The translations under genes and the position numbers were made by a program. DNA of 64,000 nt from Octopus vulgaris (taxonomy: Eukaryota): the NCBI GenBank assembly GCA_951406725.2, contig OX597825.1, positions 9,238,001 through 9,302,000 on the forward strand, written 5' to 3'. Position 1 is the stretch's first letter; every line of letters starts with the position of its first letter. Below, in pieces: positions 1 to 14,420 of this stretch. The notes under the pieces were generated by a model, which saw only the letters and a list, made by a program, of their open reading frames with translations, was not told where the DNA came from and did no database searches.

Positions 1-749
1 CTTAGTCTAGACTTGAAATGTTTTATAATTTCATATTTAAACACTGTAAATATTTACTAATACCATACAATAAACCTAGACTTCATGTATCTTAGTATAG
101 ACGTTTTAACTGTTTTGCGACTGCATTACTTTTAATTTTGCCTTCTAATATAATTCTATTGAAACTAAGTGAACCAACCTAGCGCTTGAATCAACTGAAA
201 ACCTTTTAGTTGTATACGCCATAACTACCGACTCTGGCGTGATATAAAAGAGATAACGTGTTATTTTCTGAAATACAAAGTATCAAATGCGTTACAAAGG
301 TCGTGGTGACTCCTCCCTGATCACATTTAGCAATAGAACGACACCACTAAAACCTCATATACGACCGGGCTTTATTGCACTTCTACTATCTTCGGAAGCT
401 ACTTTGTTAAGTAAATATTAGTCAAATACAGACATATCACGCATTACTGCTACTTCACGTTACGGAATTTCAAGCTTTATAAAACTGTAAAACATGACTA
501 TTAATTTCAGGATGCGACCTAAAATTCTTCCCGGACGGAAACTAGTGTTACATAGTTTGAAATTGCTTACCATTTAAAACTACATTTTCCTCTTCGCTGA
601 ATGGCCTCTTGTCATTTTATTAATATCAAGGTATTCAATTAATGATTTGAAAAATCATCCCATTAGACACAGACATACACACAAATACACACATGTATAT
701 ATAATTTACATAATGTAAGTATATACATACAGATATATATATATATATA

Positions 750-1030
750 TATAATACAAAATTGGACAAGAACGCAAAACATCCAGACAGCTAGGTGATA
801 AAAAAAGGGACAACAAACCATCCCTGATAGACGATACAAAAACCAAGGACAGGTCATTCGAAGCCCTCTATCCTCAGTCAAGCACCAGAGTATCGTCGCA
901 ATTTCGGTTGATTATTCATGAGATTGCTCCAATCTGGCCAGCCCCAAGAAAATCTAAGCTAAGAACATTATATTCCATAGAAGAAAGTAGCGAATGTATA
1001 CGAAAACAAGGACAGAAAAAACGGACAGTA
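750..1030. repeat. Microsatellite-flanked non-coding insert, possibly a Penelope-like pLTR fragment
   Basis: About 280 bp complex sequence between (TA)n tracts. The minus strand has CTGAGGA (872-878) and GAAATTGC, but no complete hammerhead fold. Confidence 0.3.
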
Positions 1031-1769
1031 TATATATTTACATACATATGAATGTGTGCATGTTGTATGTATAGGTGTATGTATGTGCGTGTGTGTTTCT
1101 ATCATCAACACAAACAGAACCACAAACACAAAAAGCGACAGTAATATATACTATGAAGTAGATAAGCAAATTAATTTCAAATAAAAACATATAATGTGGT
1201 GCCCTAGAGTGTTTTAAAAGTTGAATGAAATAGCTTTCATCTCAGAGCTATGCGGATTGACTGGAGACTAAACAGCCACAACAATACAATTAGCAGGAAT
1301 AATATAATCACCACAATACGAACAATACCTGCCCACCATCAGTAACATCTAAAACAACACAACCCACAGCATCTCCATTGTCAACCCACTAACTTTTGAA
1401 TCAAACTGGCGACAACAGATTTCAGTATGTACCCCTGGGTGTGTATGTCTGTTGGTGTATCGGTGCATGTGTGTATGTGTGTATGTGTGTATGTGTTTGT
1501 ATGTGTGTTTCTCTGTCGTAAGTCAGAAGTGTAAGCGGCGAATTGTCTATACAATCTGGTGTCCCTTCAGGTAATTGTAACCATACAGTAGCATCTCTTT
1601 CTCAGTCTTTCACCTTTACATCTCATTTTCATTATCCCATCCACAGGAAATAAAGCAATTTTCCGCTGTCACAAATCAAATCTTTCCTTAGCCAATTTTT
1701 TTTTTGTACTGCATGTTCGTTGTGGATAATTAATCACTGCTGCTGTCGGATTTGCCTTTGAATTTTAAA

Positions 1770-2565
1770 TTGTCTGGAAAGAAGCTATCAAGTACACCTG
1801 AAGGGAGCAGTACGTAAAGGAACGGTAAAGGAATTACACTGGATATTAACCATGATATTTTTAAAAGAATTGATGCGGAAATAATACTAAAATACGTGGC
1901 CAAGACATTAAATCTCACAACGCATACAGTGCGAACATACTTGAGAGCAGAGAAAAGTGTGCCAAGAGCACAAGAATCCACTCAGATAACTGTCCGGACC
2001 TTATTTCTCCATAGATCTAAGGTAATGCCTAAAATGCAACGACTCTTGTGTGTATAGATGAAGAATCAGAATCGGCATAATGTACCGATATGCTGAAACC
2101 CCACTTCGGTCATGAGTGTCCATGGGATTGCACCTAGAAAGTTACCCTCCAGGCAAGGTTGTTTATGAAAGACCAGTAGTCGCCCATGCATACCGGCCAA
2201 CCCTCTCCACACCACCAGTGTTATCCAAGGGAAAGGCAAAGACCGATACATCTTGGCACCTGTGACGCCGCAACTCATTTCTACAGCTGAGTGAATTGGA
2301 GCAGCGTGAAATAAAGTGTCTTGCTCGGGATTCGAACTCACACCGTCACGATCGTGAGCTTGACGCTCTAAGCACTGAGCCATGCGCCTTCGCAATGTAC
2401 CGATAAACACGATGATAATTCACAAAACAGATATGACGATTTGCATAAAAAGGAAGATGAGTTCTTTTTGAAGGACAACCACATTTTGACCTGTAATGGC
2501 TGGTTTTGAAAGATCTCAAAGCATATGAATAAAAATGACTGGTGAAACCGTAATCGCTGATACAC
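1770..2565 (+). pseudogene. pogo/Tigger (CENP-B-like) transposase relic, N-terminal psq-HTH and CENP-B HTH, split by a SINE
   Basis: Manual translation from 1770: LSGKK...GKGITLDINHDIFKRIDAEIILKYVAKTLNLTTHTVRTYLR...PKMQRLLCV*MKNQNRHNVPI [SINE] NTMIIHKT...DNHILTCNGWF*KISK..MTGETVIAD. Matches Tigger motifs ITLE.K..I, EMEKLL.VW, FKASNGW and GE..SAD. Possible TIR start TA-CAGTAG at 1584-1591. Confidence 0.75.
2091..2393 (-). mobile_element. tRNA-derived SINE, family C head with an alternative tail, 12-bp TSD
   Basis: Minus strand begins GCGAAGGCGCATGGCTCAGTGCTTAG (A box) ... GAGTTCGAATCCC (B box). Flanked by direct repeat AATGTACCGATA at 2079-2090 and 2394-2405. Confidence 0.9.
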
Positions 2566-2593
2566 ACTTCAAGGGCGCTTGGCGTAATTTATA

Positions 2594-2958
2594 GGCGCAG
2601 AAGTGGCCATGTGTGGTAAATAGCTTGCTTACCAACCACATAGTTCCGGGTTCAATCCCACAGCGTGGCACCTTGGGCAAGTGTCTTCTACTATAGCCTC
2701 GGGCCGGCCAAAGCATTGTGAGTGGATTTGGTAGATGTAAACTGAAAGAATCCCACGGTATAAATATGCTTATATATGTGTGTCTGTGCCCCCCCCCCAA
2801 CATCGCTTGATAACCGATGCTGTTGTGTTTACACCCCCGCAACTTAGCGGTTAGGCAAAAGTGACCGATAGAATAAGTTCTAGCCTTACAAAGAATAAGT
2901 CCTGGGGCCTATTTGCTCGACTAAACGCGGTGCTCCATCATGGCAGCAGTCAAATGAC
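2594..2958 (+). mobile_element. tRNA-derived SINE family A (CORE-like GGCACCTTGGGCAAGTGTCTT, internal microsatellite)
   Basis: Head with GGTTCAATCCC B box; homologous to copies at 6.3, 15.7, 23.2, 31.5, 44.0 and 50.3 kb. Confidence 0.9.
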
Positions 2959-2959
2959 G

Positions 2960-3074
2960 TTTCATCCTTTCGGGGTCGACAAATTAAGTAGTAGTTGCGT
3001 ACTGGGGTCTATCTAATCGACTGGCCCCCCCTCCCCAGAATTTTCGGGTCTTGTGCCTAGAGGAGAAAAGAATA
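2960..3074 (+). mobile_element. SINE family B 3' fragment
   Basis: TTTCATCCTTTCGGGGTCGA...GTGCCTAGAGGAGAAAAGAAT, matching the 3' ends of the copies at 18.7 and 51.3 kb. Confidence 0.85.
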
Positions 3075-4699
3075 AACCCAGTTCCTATACTGAGCTGAAC
3101 AAAGAGTTATACGCCATAAACAACAAACAACTTTAGATATGCTCTTCTTCACTCATCAAGTTTGCGTTTGTGATAATGAAGTGTAATATAGTAAATATTG
3201 TCCCCTCGTCCTCTTAGTAAGGCTCCTTCCACCCCCACCCCACACAGTGTAATGAGCATCTTTTGTGATAGGAACGTACCCTTACGATATTATTTTTCTT
3301 GTTAATTCCCTAACTTGCTCCTCTTGGAATGTGTTCGTGTATGTTTAGAAATAGTTATTTCCATGCGTAAAAGAGGTCGCCTTGCTTGTTCTCTGTTGCT
3401 TTCTTGTGCTTCATTTCCCGTTTTTGTTTTTTAGATTTTGAAATGTCTGTAATGTATCAATAATATGGAAACCAATGGGAAAATTTATTTCGCATTACGG
3501 AATTCGCGTTCTCAGGAATGCAGTACTTCCGTAAAGCGAGGGAGTTCTGTACTTTACAACATTTAATCACTATGTACTCTTAGTAATGTAAATTGGTTTC
3601 ATTATAAGCTAATACTTCGAAATGCCATAGGTGGCGCATAGCGAACCTGTTTCAAGTTAAATATATTTAGATTTCATATGTATAATTTATATGATGCGAC
3701 AGCGGATTAACGGCTAATGTTTTATGTTGTATTATATGAACTTTATATATATAAGTGTGAATCCACTATGGTTACATCTATATTAAAAATTAACGAAATA
3801 CAGATCGTATACAAGAGATTGAGTCATGAAGTGTTGAAAGACTAAAGTATCTTGGAGGTAACATTTTTTTTGTTAGTGCATCGTTTCACCTCATTATATT
3901 GAGCACGTTGGCAGAATGATACGTGTTATTCACAGTAAGGGGAGTAGTTTCCTCTCAGTCGCATTAATCTTCCGAACCAGCGTTAAGTACATTGCTTAAT
4001 CTTCTTAAACACATCTGAAGCATAATTATTTTATTGATATGGTAGGTGGGAGAGATCGTAGAACTATCGCGAGCATATTTTTTACAGCTTATTTTATGAA
4101 AGATGTAAATAAAAGATAATATTTGATAAAGCTCGAATGAATTTAGATATTGTAAGTTGCTGACAGCAATAATAAATGCGAGATGTTATTGCTCCCTAAA
4201 ATAAGCGTCAATATTTTCTTTTTACTATATGTGTACTAGCTTCATAAAATGTACCATTTCCTTGAGATTGTTGTTGAACCATGAAGATTAATGTAACGAA
4301 ATATTAATATTAAAAAGCCAGAGAATAAAAATTGAAATCGTTAATTTTTTTTTTCCTATTAATTCACTTCATGTTTTAGTTAATTAATATCATAAATTAA
4401 CAAACTATATGTATCAAATTCTGCATTTTTTTTTTAATAACATCAATCAATCATAATTAATCTTAAATCTGTTTTGGATGTTTTCTCTTGTTAATTTCGT
4501 TTAATGTAAGACACTGTTATATTTGTTTCACAGTTTTCAGTGTTTTCCATTAAATACAACATGTTTACTTATAAGCAACAAAACAAATGTAGCCTTCTAA
4601 CACTTCCTTTAATGATTTTTATCTTATTTAATATAAGTTTATTTTTTCTTTCCGCATCAAGTATTATGTAACTAAAAGTGTATGAATACCTTTCTTATA

Positions 4700-4986
4700 T
4701 GAGCGGATATGTATATACGTATATGTGTATATGTGTATATGTGTGTTTCTAAATGTCTCTGTGTGTGTGTTTATGTGTATGTCAGTGTCGCTATCAGTAT
4801 CTGTGTGTGCATATATGTCTCTGTAATTGTGTGTCTTTCTCTGTAAGTGTGTACAGTTTTCTATTCATGCACTACTACACAGAAATACGGGAAATTTTCT
4901 TGTTGGCTGTTCCGTTTAATTCTACGTATATTCAGTCAACACAGACACACATATGTGGATATATAAATGTGTGTATATCCTCATGT

Positions 4987-5021
<35 letters not shown>

Positions 5022-5058
5022 TGGGTGTGTATATATATATATATATATATAAATATGG

Positions 5059-5153
<95 letters not shown>

Positions 5154-5483
5154 AAGTCTGTATGTATATGTATATATATATTTATATATATACAAGTCTG
5201 TATGTATATGCATATGTGTATGTATAGATATAGATATATAGGAATTACTTGTAATCTTTCATTAATTGAGATACCTACGGAAGTGGCTCAAGGAACTAAT
5301 GTTTCGTGCCAAAGAACATATCAAACAATATGTGTGTGTGACTGTATCCGTTTGTGTCGGTGCATAAATAATATGAATATCTACAGAGAAATTCACATAT
5401 ATACGAGTATATATGTATAAACACAAACACACACACACGCACCACATATATATTGTGTTTGTATATATATATGTATGTAAGTG

Positions 5484-5521
<38 letters not shown>

Positions 5522-5623
5522 AGAGTATATATATATATTTTTATTCATAAAATATATATGTGTACTTATACGTGCATAAATGTGTATAAGTATAAATATA
5601 TAGATACGCTCTTACACGTACAT

Positions 5624-5670
<47 letters not shown>

Positions 5671-5760
5671 CTTATACATATGTATGTATATGTGTATACA
5701 TGTATGTTCGTATGTATGTATGTATATATACATAAATACATTATCACATACATACGTAGG
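4700..5760. repeat. Compound (TA)n/(TG)n/(TATG)n microsatellite region
   Basis: Directly visible; source of the YIYI ORFs. Confidence 0.95.
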
Positions 5761-6335
5761 ATTCCTAAATCTAAGAGCGTTTATGTTTTTGTTCTGTGTA
5801 TGTATTTAGGCAGTTCTTTTTATATCTAAATTAATTCCGATTCTTCGAACTTCAAGTAATATGTTTGTAATACAAAGATTATTTTGGTCAAACTGTTGAC
5901 GGCGTTGCATTCATTAAAGCGTCTAACGAAGCGTTCAGAAAAATGATATTCAATGAAGCTGCACTAATTTCATATATCACCCGCAATCGCACCACGCCTC
6001 ATTTACCGTTCAGTCTACAACATTGCACTCACACCTCCAAAATCTCCAACATTGCATTTCCAGACTTTTAGTCATATTAACAACAAAAGCAAATAGACTG
6101 CGGTAACGATTGAGTGGTTCTGTTTCTGATTGTAACGTTTGTTGTTTGTAATTTCGTAATCATACAAAACGATTGCTTCATCGAGACAAAAGATTACAGT
6201 GGTTCTAAACGCTGGTAATTTTTGGCTTTATCAGACGCAGGTCATATTTTCAATTGTGAGCAAGTACAACATCCTTTTTTCGGACCCCGGGTACATAGAA
6301 ACTAGCAGTACACTCGCACACACACGTGTATACAT

Positions 6336-6692
6336 GTGTGGTAAGTGGCTTGCTTACCAACCACATAGTTCCGGGTTCTGTCCCACTACGTGGCACCTTG
6401 GGCAAATGTCTTCTACTAAAGCCTTGTGAGTGGATTTGGTAGACGGAAACTGAAAGAAGTCCATCGTATATATGTATATATATGTATGTGTGTGTATATG
6501 TTTGTGTGTCTGTGTTTGTACCCCCAACATCGCTTGGCAACCGATGCAGGTGTGTTTACGTTCCCGTAACATAGAGACCAATCGAATAAGTACTAGGCTT
6601 ACAAATAGTAAGTCCTGGGGTCGATTTGCTCGACTAAAGGCAGTGCTCCAGCATAGCCGCAGTCAAATGACTGAAACAACTAAAAAGAGTAA
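6336..6692 (+). mobile_element. SINE family A copy, internally deleted
   Basis: GTGTGGTAAGTGGCTTGCTTACCAACCACATAGTTCCGGGTTC ... CAAATGACTGAAACAACTAAAA tail. Confidence 0.9.
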
Positions 6693-9614
6693 ACTATTCT
6701 GGGCAGTTGAAAAAATGCCTGCTGGAGAGAGTTACTCGTTTGCTCACGTGTGGGTCGGCGCGTAATATTGAGCGTACGTGTGTGGACCTTCAAGTCCGCT
6801 CAGTGTCTATATTTATGGGTGAGAATCATATAACAGTTTTGTGGTCTTCTTCATCTTTCATAAAAATAAAATCAGTGAATTAAAAATTAGGCAATGTCCC
6901 TATCAACGTATTAACATTTACACACGAATATGCAATGCATACGAACACATACACATATGCACACACACGTACACATACACACACAAACTCACCGATGTAT
7001 TTATATCACACTTTGCATGCGGCTAAAACACCAGTGTTTCTTTCCTAACTTAACGCACACCAATGTATATCTATTTAACTATAGAGCTGTATTTTATTGT
7101 GGTTGGGGCTGGCTAACATGTCTTACTCTAATTGTGTTTATAGACCAATGTAATATGAAGCGATGAATACAAGGTAATATGCACCAGCAATATAAAAATG
7201 TGCACAAAGACGTGACTCCATAAATAATCCTACATATTTTATTTTGTTTCTTTATTTTCTCGCTAGGAGGCGATCGTGGTGTCGTTGCATTTTATACGTA
7301 TTTAGCATTAAGTAACGGCGTAAATTCACTCAGTTGCCCATAAAGTTGCGTTATATAGATGTGTCGGTTTATTTCTATTTCCATGTTATTTAGCATATAA
7401 TAATGTTTTTATTCTCATTCTGCTGATAAAGTACCGACGTAGCTTTCGCATAACTATGTTCTTTTCGGTGTACCTCCATTCTCTCAGCCAGCCTTCACTC
7501 AGCTTTCCCTAAATTTTGTGATCGGGTCCGTATGTTCACTTTACAACTGCTAAAATACATTTCTCGTATTACACTTGATCGTAAGGTTCGAATTACTCAT
7601 AGTTGAATTTCTTTTGGTACTTGTGGTCCAATCAAGGGAGCGTATTCTACTTATTTTAGGGTTTAATGGTTTCTCCTGGGGTCTCTAGTATTTAATTCTA
7701 AGTTTAGTATCACTTGGATTTATTTTAGACCCATGACGTAATCTTTCGCCTTGCATCAAAAATTTTACCCTTGGAAATTGTTGCTGTTACACAATGTTTA
7801 CTTTATCTACCTTCGTAGTTATCATTTCTAGTGTATTCCTTAGACTGTTACAATATCGGGAACGTACATATCACATTTTATTGGAGTCTGAAAATTTACA
7901 AACTTTTATTCACAGTTCTATTTTACCTTGATTGTCGTACAGGTGTAAAAACGGAACAGAGGAAACGTATTTAAAATTTGAGAAGAGATATTGAAATGTC
8001 TGCATAATTTCGGATTGGATAAGTTTGGGAAAAAGAATTTTATTAATTACCCATACAAATGCAGTTTCATAGACAGCGATATTTTCCGATTAGAAGAGCA
8101 GAGAATGTGATAAGCATAAATAAATACAATTTAAAGGTAATAGAGAATACGAAAAATGTATGCGCTGTGTATAAATAAGGGAACATAGATAACGTTTAAA
8201 ATATACAATGTAAAATTACTGTGACTAAAAAGAAAGAAAAATCAACGATCATAAAAGAAATCGAAATATATTTTTGTTAATTTACAAAGAAAACTGTGTG
8301 TAAATTATTGAGGTCAACCAAGCAAAGGCCGATAGCAATAACTTTGGGTTATAATAAATAAATATTAAAACTTTTTACATATAAGAACGTAAGAACTGTT
8401 TGTCGATAATGGTAATGAATGATCCAATTCTTCAAGCAATGTAAAAGATTAACGAATCCAAGGTCAATCATTAGAAACCAATATTTTTAGACTTTCCTTC
8501 GTGATTAAGAATTCAGATCTCTCATTTATTCCGTGTGAGATATTAAATTAAATTTGCAGCTTCTCACCTAAAGTGTCTTCGTAAAGCAAGATTGAAAGCG
8601 AGGTTTATGCGTATACGCTGCAGCTCAATTTCACATTGTTTCTTTTATTTAAGACCGTTTTAGATTATATTCTTTGAAATTTAATTGTGCTCGGAAAACC
8701 TTGTCGAAAAGTTCGTCTGCGGATGCATGAAAAAAATATATACACTTGAAAAGCACATTCTGAATACATAACCATAACCTTGCTCATATCTATTATTGTA
8801 TATATGGACATCAGCTATTGCTGAGTGTATCAGACAAAAGCTAAAGTTACGTAAACTCATCAACGTATAAAACGAGATGTTTACTGATATGCACAATAAA
8901 ATTTTGTTGAATATTTGGTAGGTAGTTTATGTTCTTATTAATTTTCATCGGAGTTTCTCTTTTTTATTACAATTCCTTTTTAGTCACAATAAAAAGAGAT
9001 GAATCACGTAATGAATTCTTGGCGCCAGGCAATGCGAAGTAGTAGATTTTTGCTCTACATTGTCATTTAACAGTTGAATTTAATATCATTTTACTTTCCG
9101 ATGAATGATACATATCAAGATATTTGAAATTTAACAGAAACTCATTTAAAGATACCTATATCTGATGGAAATGATCTAATCAGTTAAGCTTTACAAGTCG
9201 AACAGATTCTGCAACATCAATAACACAACTTCTGCACCCGCATAAAGCAGTTTTGCCGAAAACGTATATCATCTTAACGGTAATTCTATTTAAGAAGCAT
9301 CCTTATATTGAATTCAGAAGCAGATGAAAGAATTTTGTGAAGCTTCAACAAAAATTCTGTAACGTATATACACGGCTTCTTTTTTCCCACTCCTTCTTCA
9401 AGCGATGTTTCCTTTTATTTTGGAAGAATCACATGCAGAAGATTAAATGCCCAGACGGCATATTCGTGGAGATATTAAATGCTTATCTCCGACATGTTAA
9501 AACGTGTCGCATATCACATTTCTCAATCACATCTTGCCCCGATTTTACACGCCAAATCTATGAGTTAACTGCTATCATTCTTCTGGTAAAAGTCAAATAA
9601 ATACCTACTCTACA

Positions 9615-9768
<154 letters not shown>

Positions 9769-10123
9769 GGCCTTGAGGCAAAATAAAAATAATACATATC
9801 AATGAGTAACAGTAGAAGTACAGGTGTTTCTAACGACTTCCTTAATTGATTAATGAAAACATTACTTCATTATAAAGAAGCCATTTCCGTCAGATGAATT
9901 CATGATCTTCAAATTAAGGACATTCCAAATGATTTAATATCATTCGGACGGTACTTATGTACCAAGTTTGATATTTACCTAATATTGTTGTTTGTATATA
10001 TTATTCCTACCTAACAAAGTGCCTTAAGTCAACTACCTAATTCAACTGCATCTTACTTATAATGTAACGGTGTCCTCAAAAAGGATTTTACGATCCACAA
10101 AGATCAGAATTTAATTCAGCTCT

Positions 10124-10201
10124 TCGCCCGGTCTGAGATTCGAACCCGCGATCGCTCGACCACGAGTCCGCTGCTCTAACCACTAGGCCATGTGTCTCCA
10201 C
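10124..10201 (-). mobile_element. Isolated tRNA-like SINE head (family C type)
   Basis: Reverse complement GTGGAGACACATGGCCTAGTGGTTAGAGC...GGGTTCGAATCTC has A and B boxes and resembles the heads at 2393 and 33696. No paired acceptor stem. Confidence 0.75.
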
Positions 10202-12700
10202 TTTAATATTATTAGTAATTGTAAATTTGTACAGTTTCATATTACCGAACCTCCCCTAGTGAATAAATTCTGAAAGCTTTACCTTTTGCCAACAACACTG
10301 TACGTATCTGCAGATTCCATACTAAAGTAAGGATGGAACTGAGTGAATCCATTTTGACTTTTAATAATTTATGTTGAGTACGAAATGATTGATATCCTCT
10401 TAGGTGGTCACGATAAGGCTGAATTATTCAAAATTTTCTATCAAATATTTGTCACGAAATATTCTATAGAAATCAAGCATTTGACTGAGATGACAGTCTC
10501 GCATGTCATGGATGGTCATAAATCAGATGCCGAAAAGATGTTATATACTCTTTTAGTAAAACAAAATGGACCATTTTTGCAATCGATACGATTATAAATA
10601 CATTTATTTACATATCACGTTAAAACCTGTATACACAAAATATATCCTAACCAAAAATAAGTGAGAAATAATAAGAATTCCAAATACCCAGATAATGCTG
10701 CAACTCATTCAATTCCTAACCTCGTTAAAAGTATATAATTAATATGCTCTCACACAAAGTTGTTCAATATCACATCTAATTCTTAATAAGAGACATTCCT
10801 CAACATTATACATTTTTATCAGTGAACAGGTCGCGGATTTTAGCGACGAAAATATTTTGACAAATTAAACTTAAATGTTGAAGTGAATCGAACGGCTTTT
10901 GTGTGTTTCTTAAATGGCTGACAAACACCTTCCACGCTGCAATTGTTTACAATTAGAACAGATTGAATTAAAATTAGCAATTCTTGCCATAAACTCCTGC
11001 CTGCTCGATTAAACATTTCGATTTTCAAAATGCTCTTTAATATCAAGAATGCGATCCCACTGCCAGTAGGTCCTTTATAAATCCGAACATGTGTCTTCTC
11101 ATCGGTAATTATCTTTCCAAAGTATTAGCTTCTTGTGCTCAGATGCAAAAATTTATCAAAGAATTTGCTCGAAACATTCAGGAGGAATGATTTTCATCGA
11201 ATTCTTAGTCTTGAGAAGTAATCTAACCCAACCCTATTTACTACTGGATTGCAGTGAGAAATACTTCATCGTATTTTATTACTAAAAGCCAGAAAATGAA
11301 AATTTTCTGCGTTTCCAGGCAAAGATTGAAGGATTTGCATTTTCATTTAAAAAGTGAATGTTTGCCTCTATCGTTTTCACCCCATCCCCCATTCGCTTTA
11401 TTAAATAATTGCCATATTACATTAATAACTTACTTATATTATTTCTCTTTCATTCTCTCAGAATATATTTCTGAATACGATGTAATTGAATTACCTAACA
11501 CTATCAAAACTGCATGCCTTCTGCTACGAGTATTAAGAATTATATTTCAGATTAAATAAAGCCTCCAGTGCACTTGGATACACTTCTTCGAACGTTTTGG
11601 TGAAGACAACGCAGTTGATTGTACGTGGCGATCTACATGCTAGAAAAAAGCAGTCGTATACCATTCATGACTTTGACAAATAACATATTGGATAACGCAA
11701 TCAAAAATACAAACTGTCAGAGAAATATGTAGGGCATTTTATTAATTTTATATCATTTACCTCAGTCTGAAGTCAGGGTTAATGAAAGCAGAATCTTTTT
11801 TCCTGTTATGCATATGCGTATGTGCATGTGTGTATAATAGTGAGGTTCGAGTGTGTGTGTATGCATATCTGTATTTATGAATGTATGTATAAGTTACATG
11901 AGTATAGTTTTTAAAAAAGTAATAGAATGATTAATTAAAGAGACAAAAATGTTTAATTATATTAATAGATCGTAATATATATTCATGTGTGATACTTTAC
12001 AATGCAACCATATGTCATTAAAATATATTAATAGAAAATTTACAGCATGAAGCAGAAAGAATATATAGATTTAGATATTGTTGTAGTGAAATCCTGACAT
12101 CCCTGTGAGGTAGCACGTGAACTGTCCTAAACTTTATAAAGGCGCGTACGTACTGAGAATTGCGAGGTATAGTGTGGTGTGTACAGTAGCATTTGTAACG
12201 GCAGTCGTAGAAGTCGTTGAGAAGAGATACAAGTCTGTTACATGTTTGTTGCTGATTTAGTTTTTGTTATATCACTGTTACAATGTAGTCTGTACCCAAA
12301 CCACAAGGATGTAACAGTGGCGACGAGACATTCGAAGTTCACTGTGGGCGTTGGTAGCATGGAAGGCCTATTAGCTTCCATGGTACAGTTGCAACGACAA
12401 CCACAACATCAAGAACAACAGCAGCAACAGTTGCAACGGCAGCCACTGCAGCAACAAGAAACAGCAACAACAGCAACTACAACAACAACAGCTGTTGGAA
12501 TTATTGTTACAGTCCAAAAACTCTTCAGAATGTATGAAGGAATCTTCAAAGAATTTAGAAAAGAAGCTTAGGCTCGAAACGGTAAAGACAGGGCGTTGTG
12601 AGTATTTATTGTGCGAAAATACCTAAAGCTTCACGTGACACCGACAGGCGCGCGTACATGCTGTATTCTTCCACCACAACTTTCTCTCACTCTTTCTTCA

Positions 12701-12891
12701 TTTCTGTTGTACCTGTATTTCAAATGACCAGCCTTGTCACACTCTGTGTCATGATGAATCTCCCCGAGAACTGCGTGAAGAGTACACGTGACTGTGAAGT
12801 GCTCAGCCACATGCACGTTAATTTCACGAGCAAGCTGTTCCGTTGATCGGATCAACTGGAACCCGCGTCGTTGTAACCGACGGAGTGCCAC
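12701..12891 (+). mobile_element. SINE family C 3' half
   Basis: Homologous (reverse complement) to 33377-33560: GCACGTTAATTTCACGAGCAAGCTGTTCCGTTGATC. Confidence 0.85.
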
Positions 12892-13829
12892 GATATTCCC
12901 ACGCACAACTGAAATGGGGTTCTGATTTTATCATAGAAAATGTAAGAAGAAATTTCTCACAACTCTTTTGAGGATGACGGTGACAGCATTTTCGTTATAT
13001 TGGAGTTGTGTTCTGTCTTGGAAATATCAGCAATTTAGAATTATTTTTCAATAGCAATAATAAAGCAGCTTTATTTGTGAAAATAACGTCAATGACAAGA
13101 TTACTGACAGAGGAATATGTACGGAAGGGAAATACGGAAAGAAGAAATACTTACTTATCGCGATATCAGTTTGTGTTAGAAGTGAAAAGAAATATAAATA
13201 AGGTTATAGAAGAAAAAATGATTATACGAAACTTGAAAATACAGAATACAACATCATAATAAAATGTATTGATATGGTAATTTTCAGCACAAAATTTAAT
13301 TAAATAGACGATAACATTTTAATTTGTCTAATATAATCATGAAAGCTTATAAAAAGAAAAGAAGTTTAAGGTAAGAATATAAAATATGGAACAAAAGACG
13401 ACATACGAAGAAGCGACACTTCACTCTAACATAATTAATATACAGCAGAGAATGGATGAAGTGGAAATTCCATAAAAAAATAGTATCATCTTTTAGAATG
13501 TAATGTAATTTAAATCTGAAAGAAAAAAAACATGCATGAAAATAAGCCCAGTAATATGCATATTTGTATCGCTGTATTTGTTCGGGTTCACCGAAGTAGC
13601 TTAATTAGCTTTGCATAAACATCTCGTTTCTATTTCTTTTTTCTAGTTTATCTATTGATAGAAGCTAGGTCATATAAATGTCTCCACCTTCACGGCTTCA
13701 AGCACAACATCTTGCAGACTTCTCCCCTTCTCATAATTTACCTCCCACTAAACCTCATCATATATATATACACACCAACACATTATTTAAGGCATGTATA
13801 TAGATATTCATATACATTACACATATATG

Positions 13830-13934
13830 TACTCACACATACAGAGACATGTATGCGCACACACACTTATACACACCCATGGAAATATATATATATATAT
13901 TTCCATGGGTGTGTATAAGTGTGTGTACGCGTAC

Positions 13935-13971
<37 letters not shown>

Positions 13972-14053
13972 TAGATAGATAGATAGATAGATACATGCAT
14001 ATATATACACACACACACATATATATATATGTATAAATATATATGTATGTATG

Positions 14054-14119
<66 letters not shown>

Positions 14120-14420
14120 TGTGTGTGTACGTATATATATATATATATAATATGTAAGCACGTACACACATTGTCAACAACAATAAAGATATAAATTTTG
14201 TTCCACAGCATCTAAATTGCAAATACCTGGACTTCAGTTTACTTCTGTCTTGCATCTTATTTGAAATACTAATTAGTTGTAATTCCTTTGTTAATTTCAT
14301 TAATATTTTCTTTCGTATACATTTTTCTGTAGCTATACATATATATGTGTGTGTATGTGTGTGTGTGTGTATATATATGTGTGTGTGTGTGTATGTGTGT
14401 GTGTGTGTGTGTACGTATAC
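13830..14420. repeat. Compound (TA)n/(TAGA)n/(TG)n microsatellites
   Basis: Directly visible. Confidence 0.95.

Noticed and set aside
860-940. Hammerhead on the minus strand (CTGAGGA; CTCATGA...GAAA)
   Set aside because: The core elements are not in a compatible order with closing stems.
10124-10201. tRNA gene
   Set aside because: A/B boxes are present, but there is no paired acceptor stem and it matches the SINE heads elsewhere in the window.
12242-12571. Poly-Q/T ORF as a host exon
   Set aside because: Degenerate (CAA/CAG)n repeat with no domain or splice support.
12555-12590. AGGCTCGAAACGGTAAAGAC resembling the 3' half of the H4 hammerhead
   Set aside because: No upstream CUGNNGA core.
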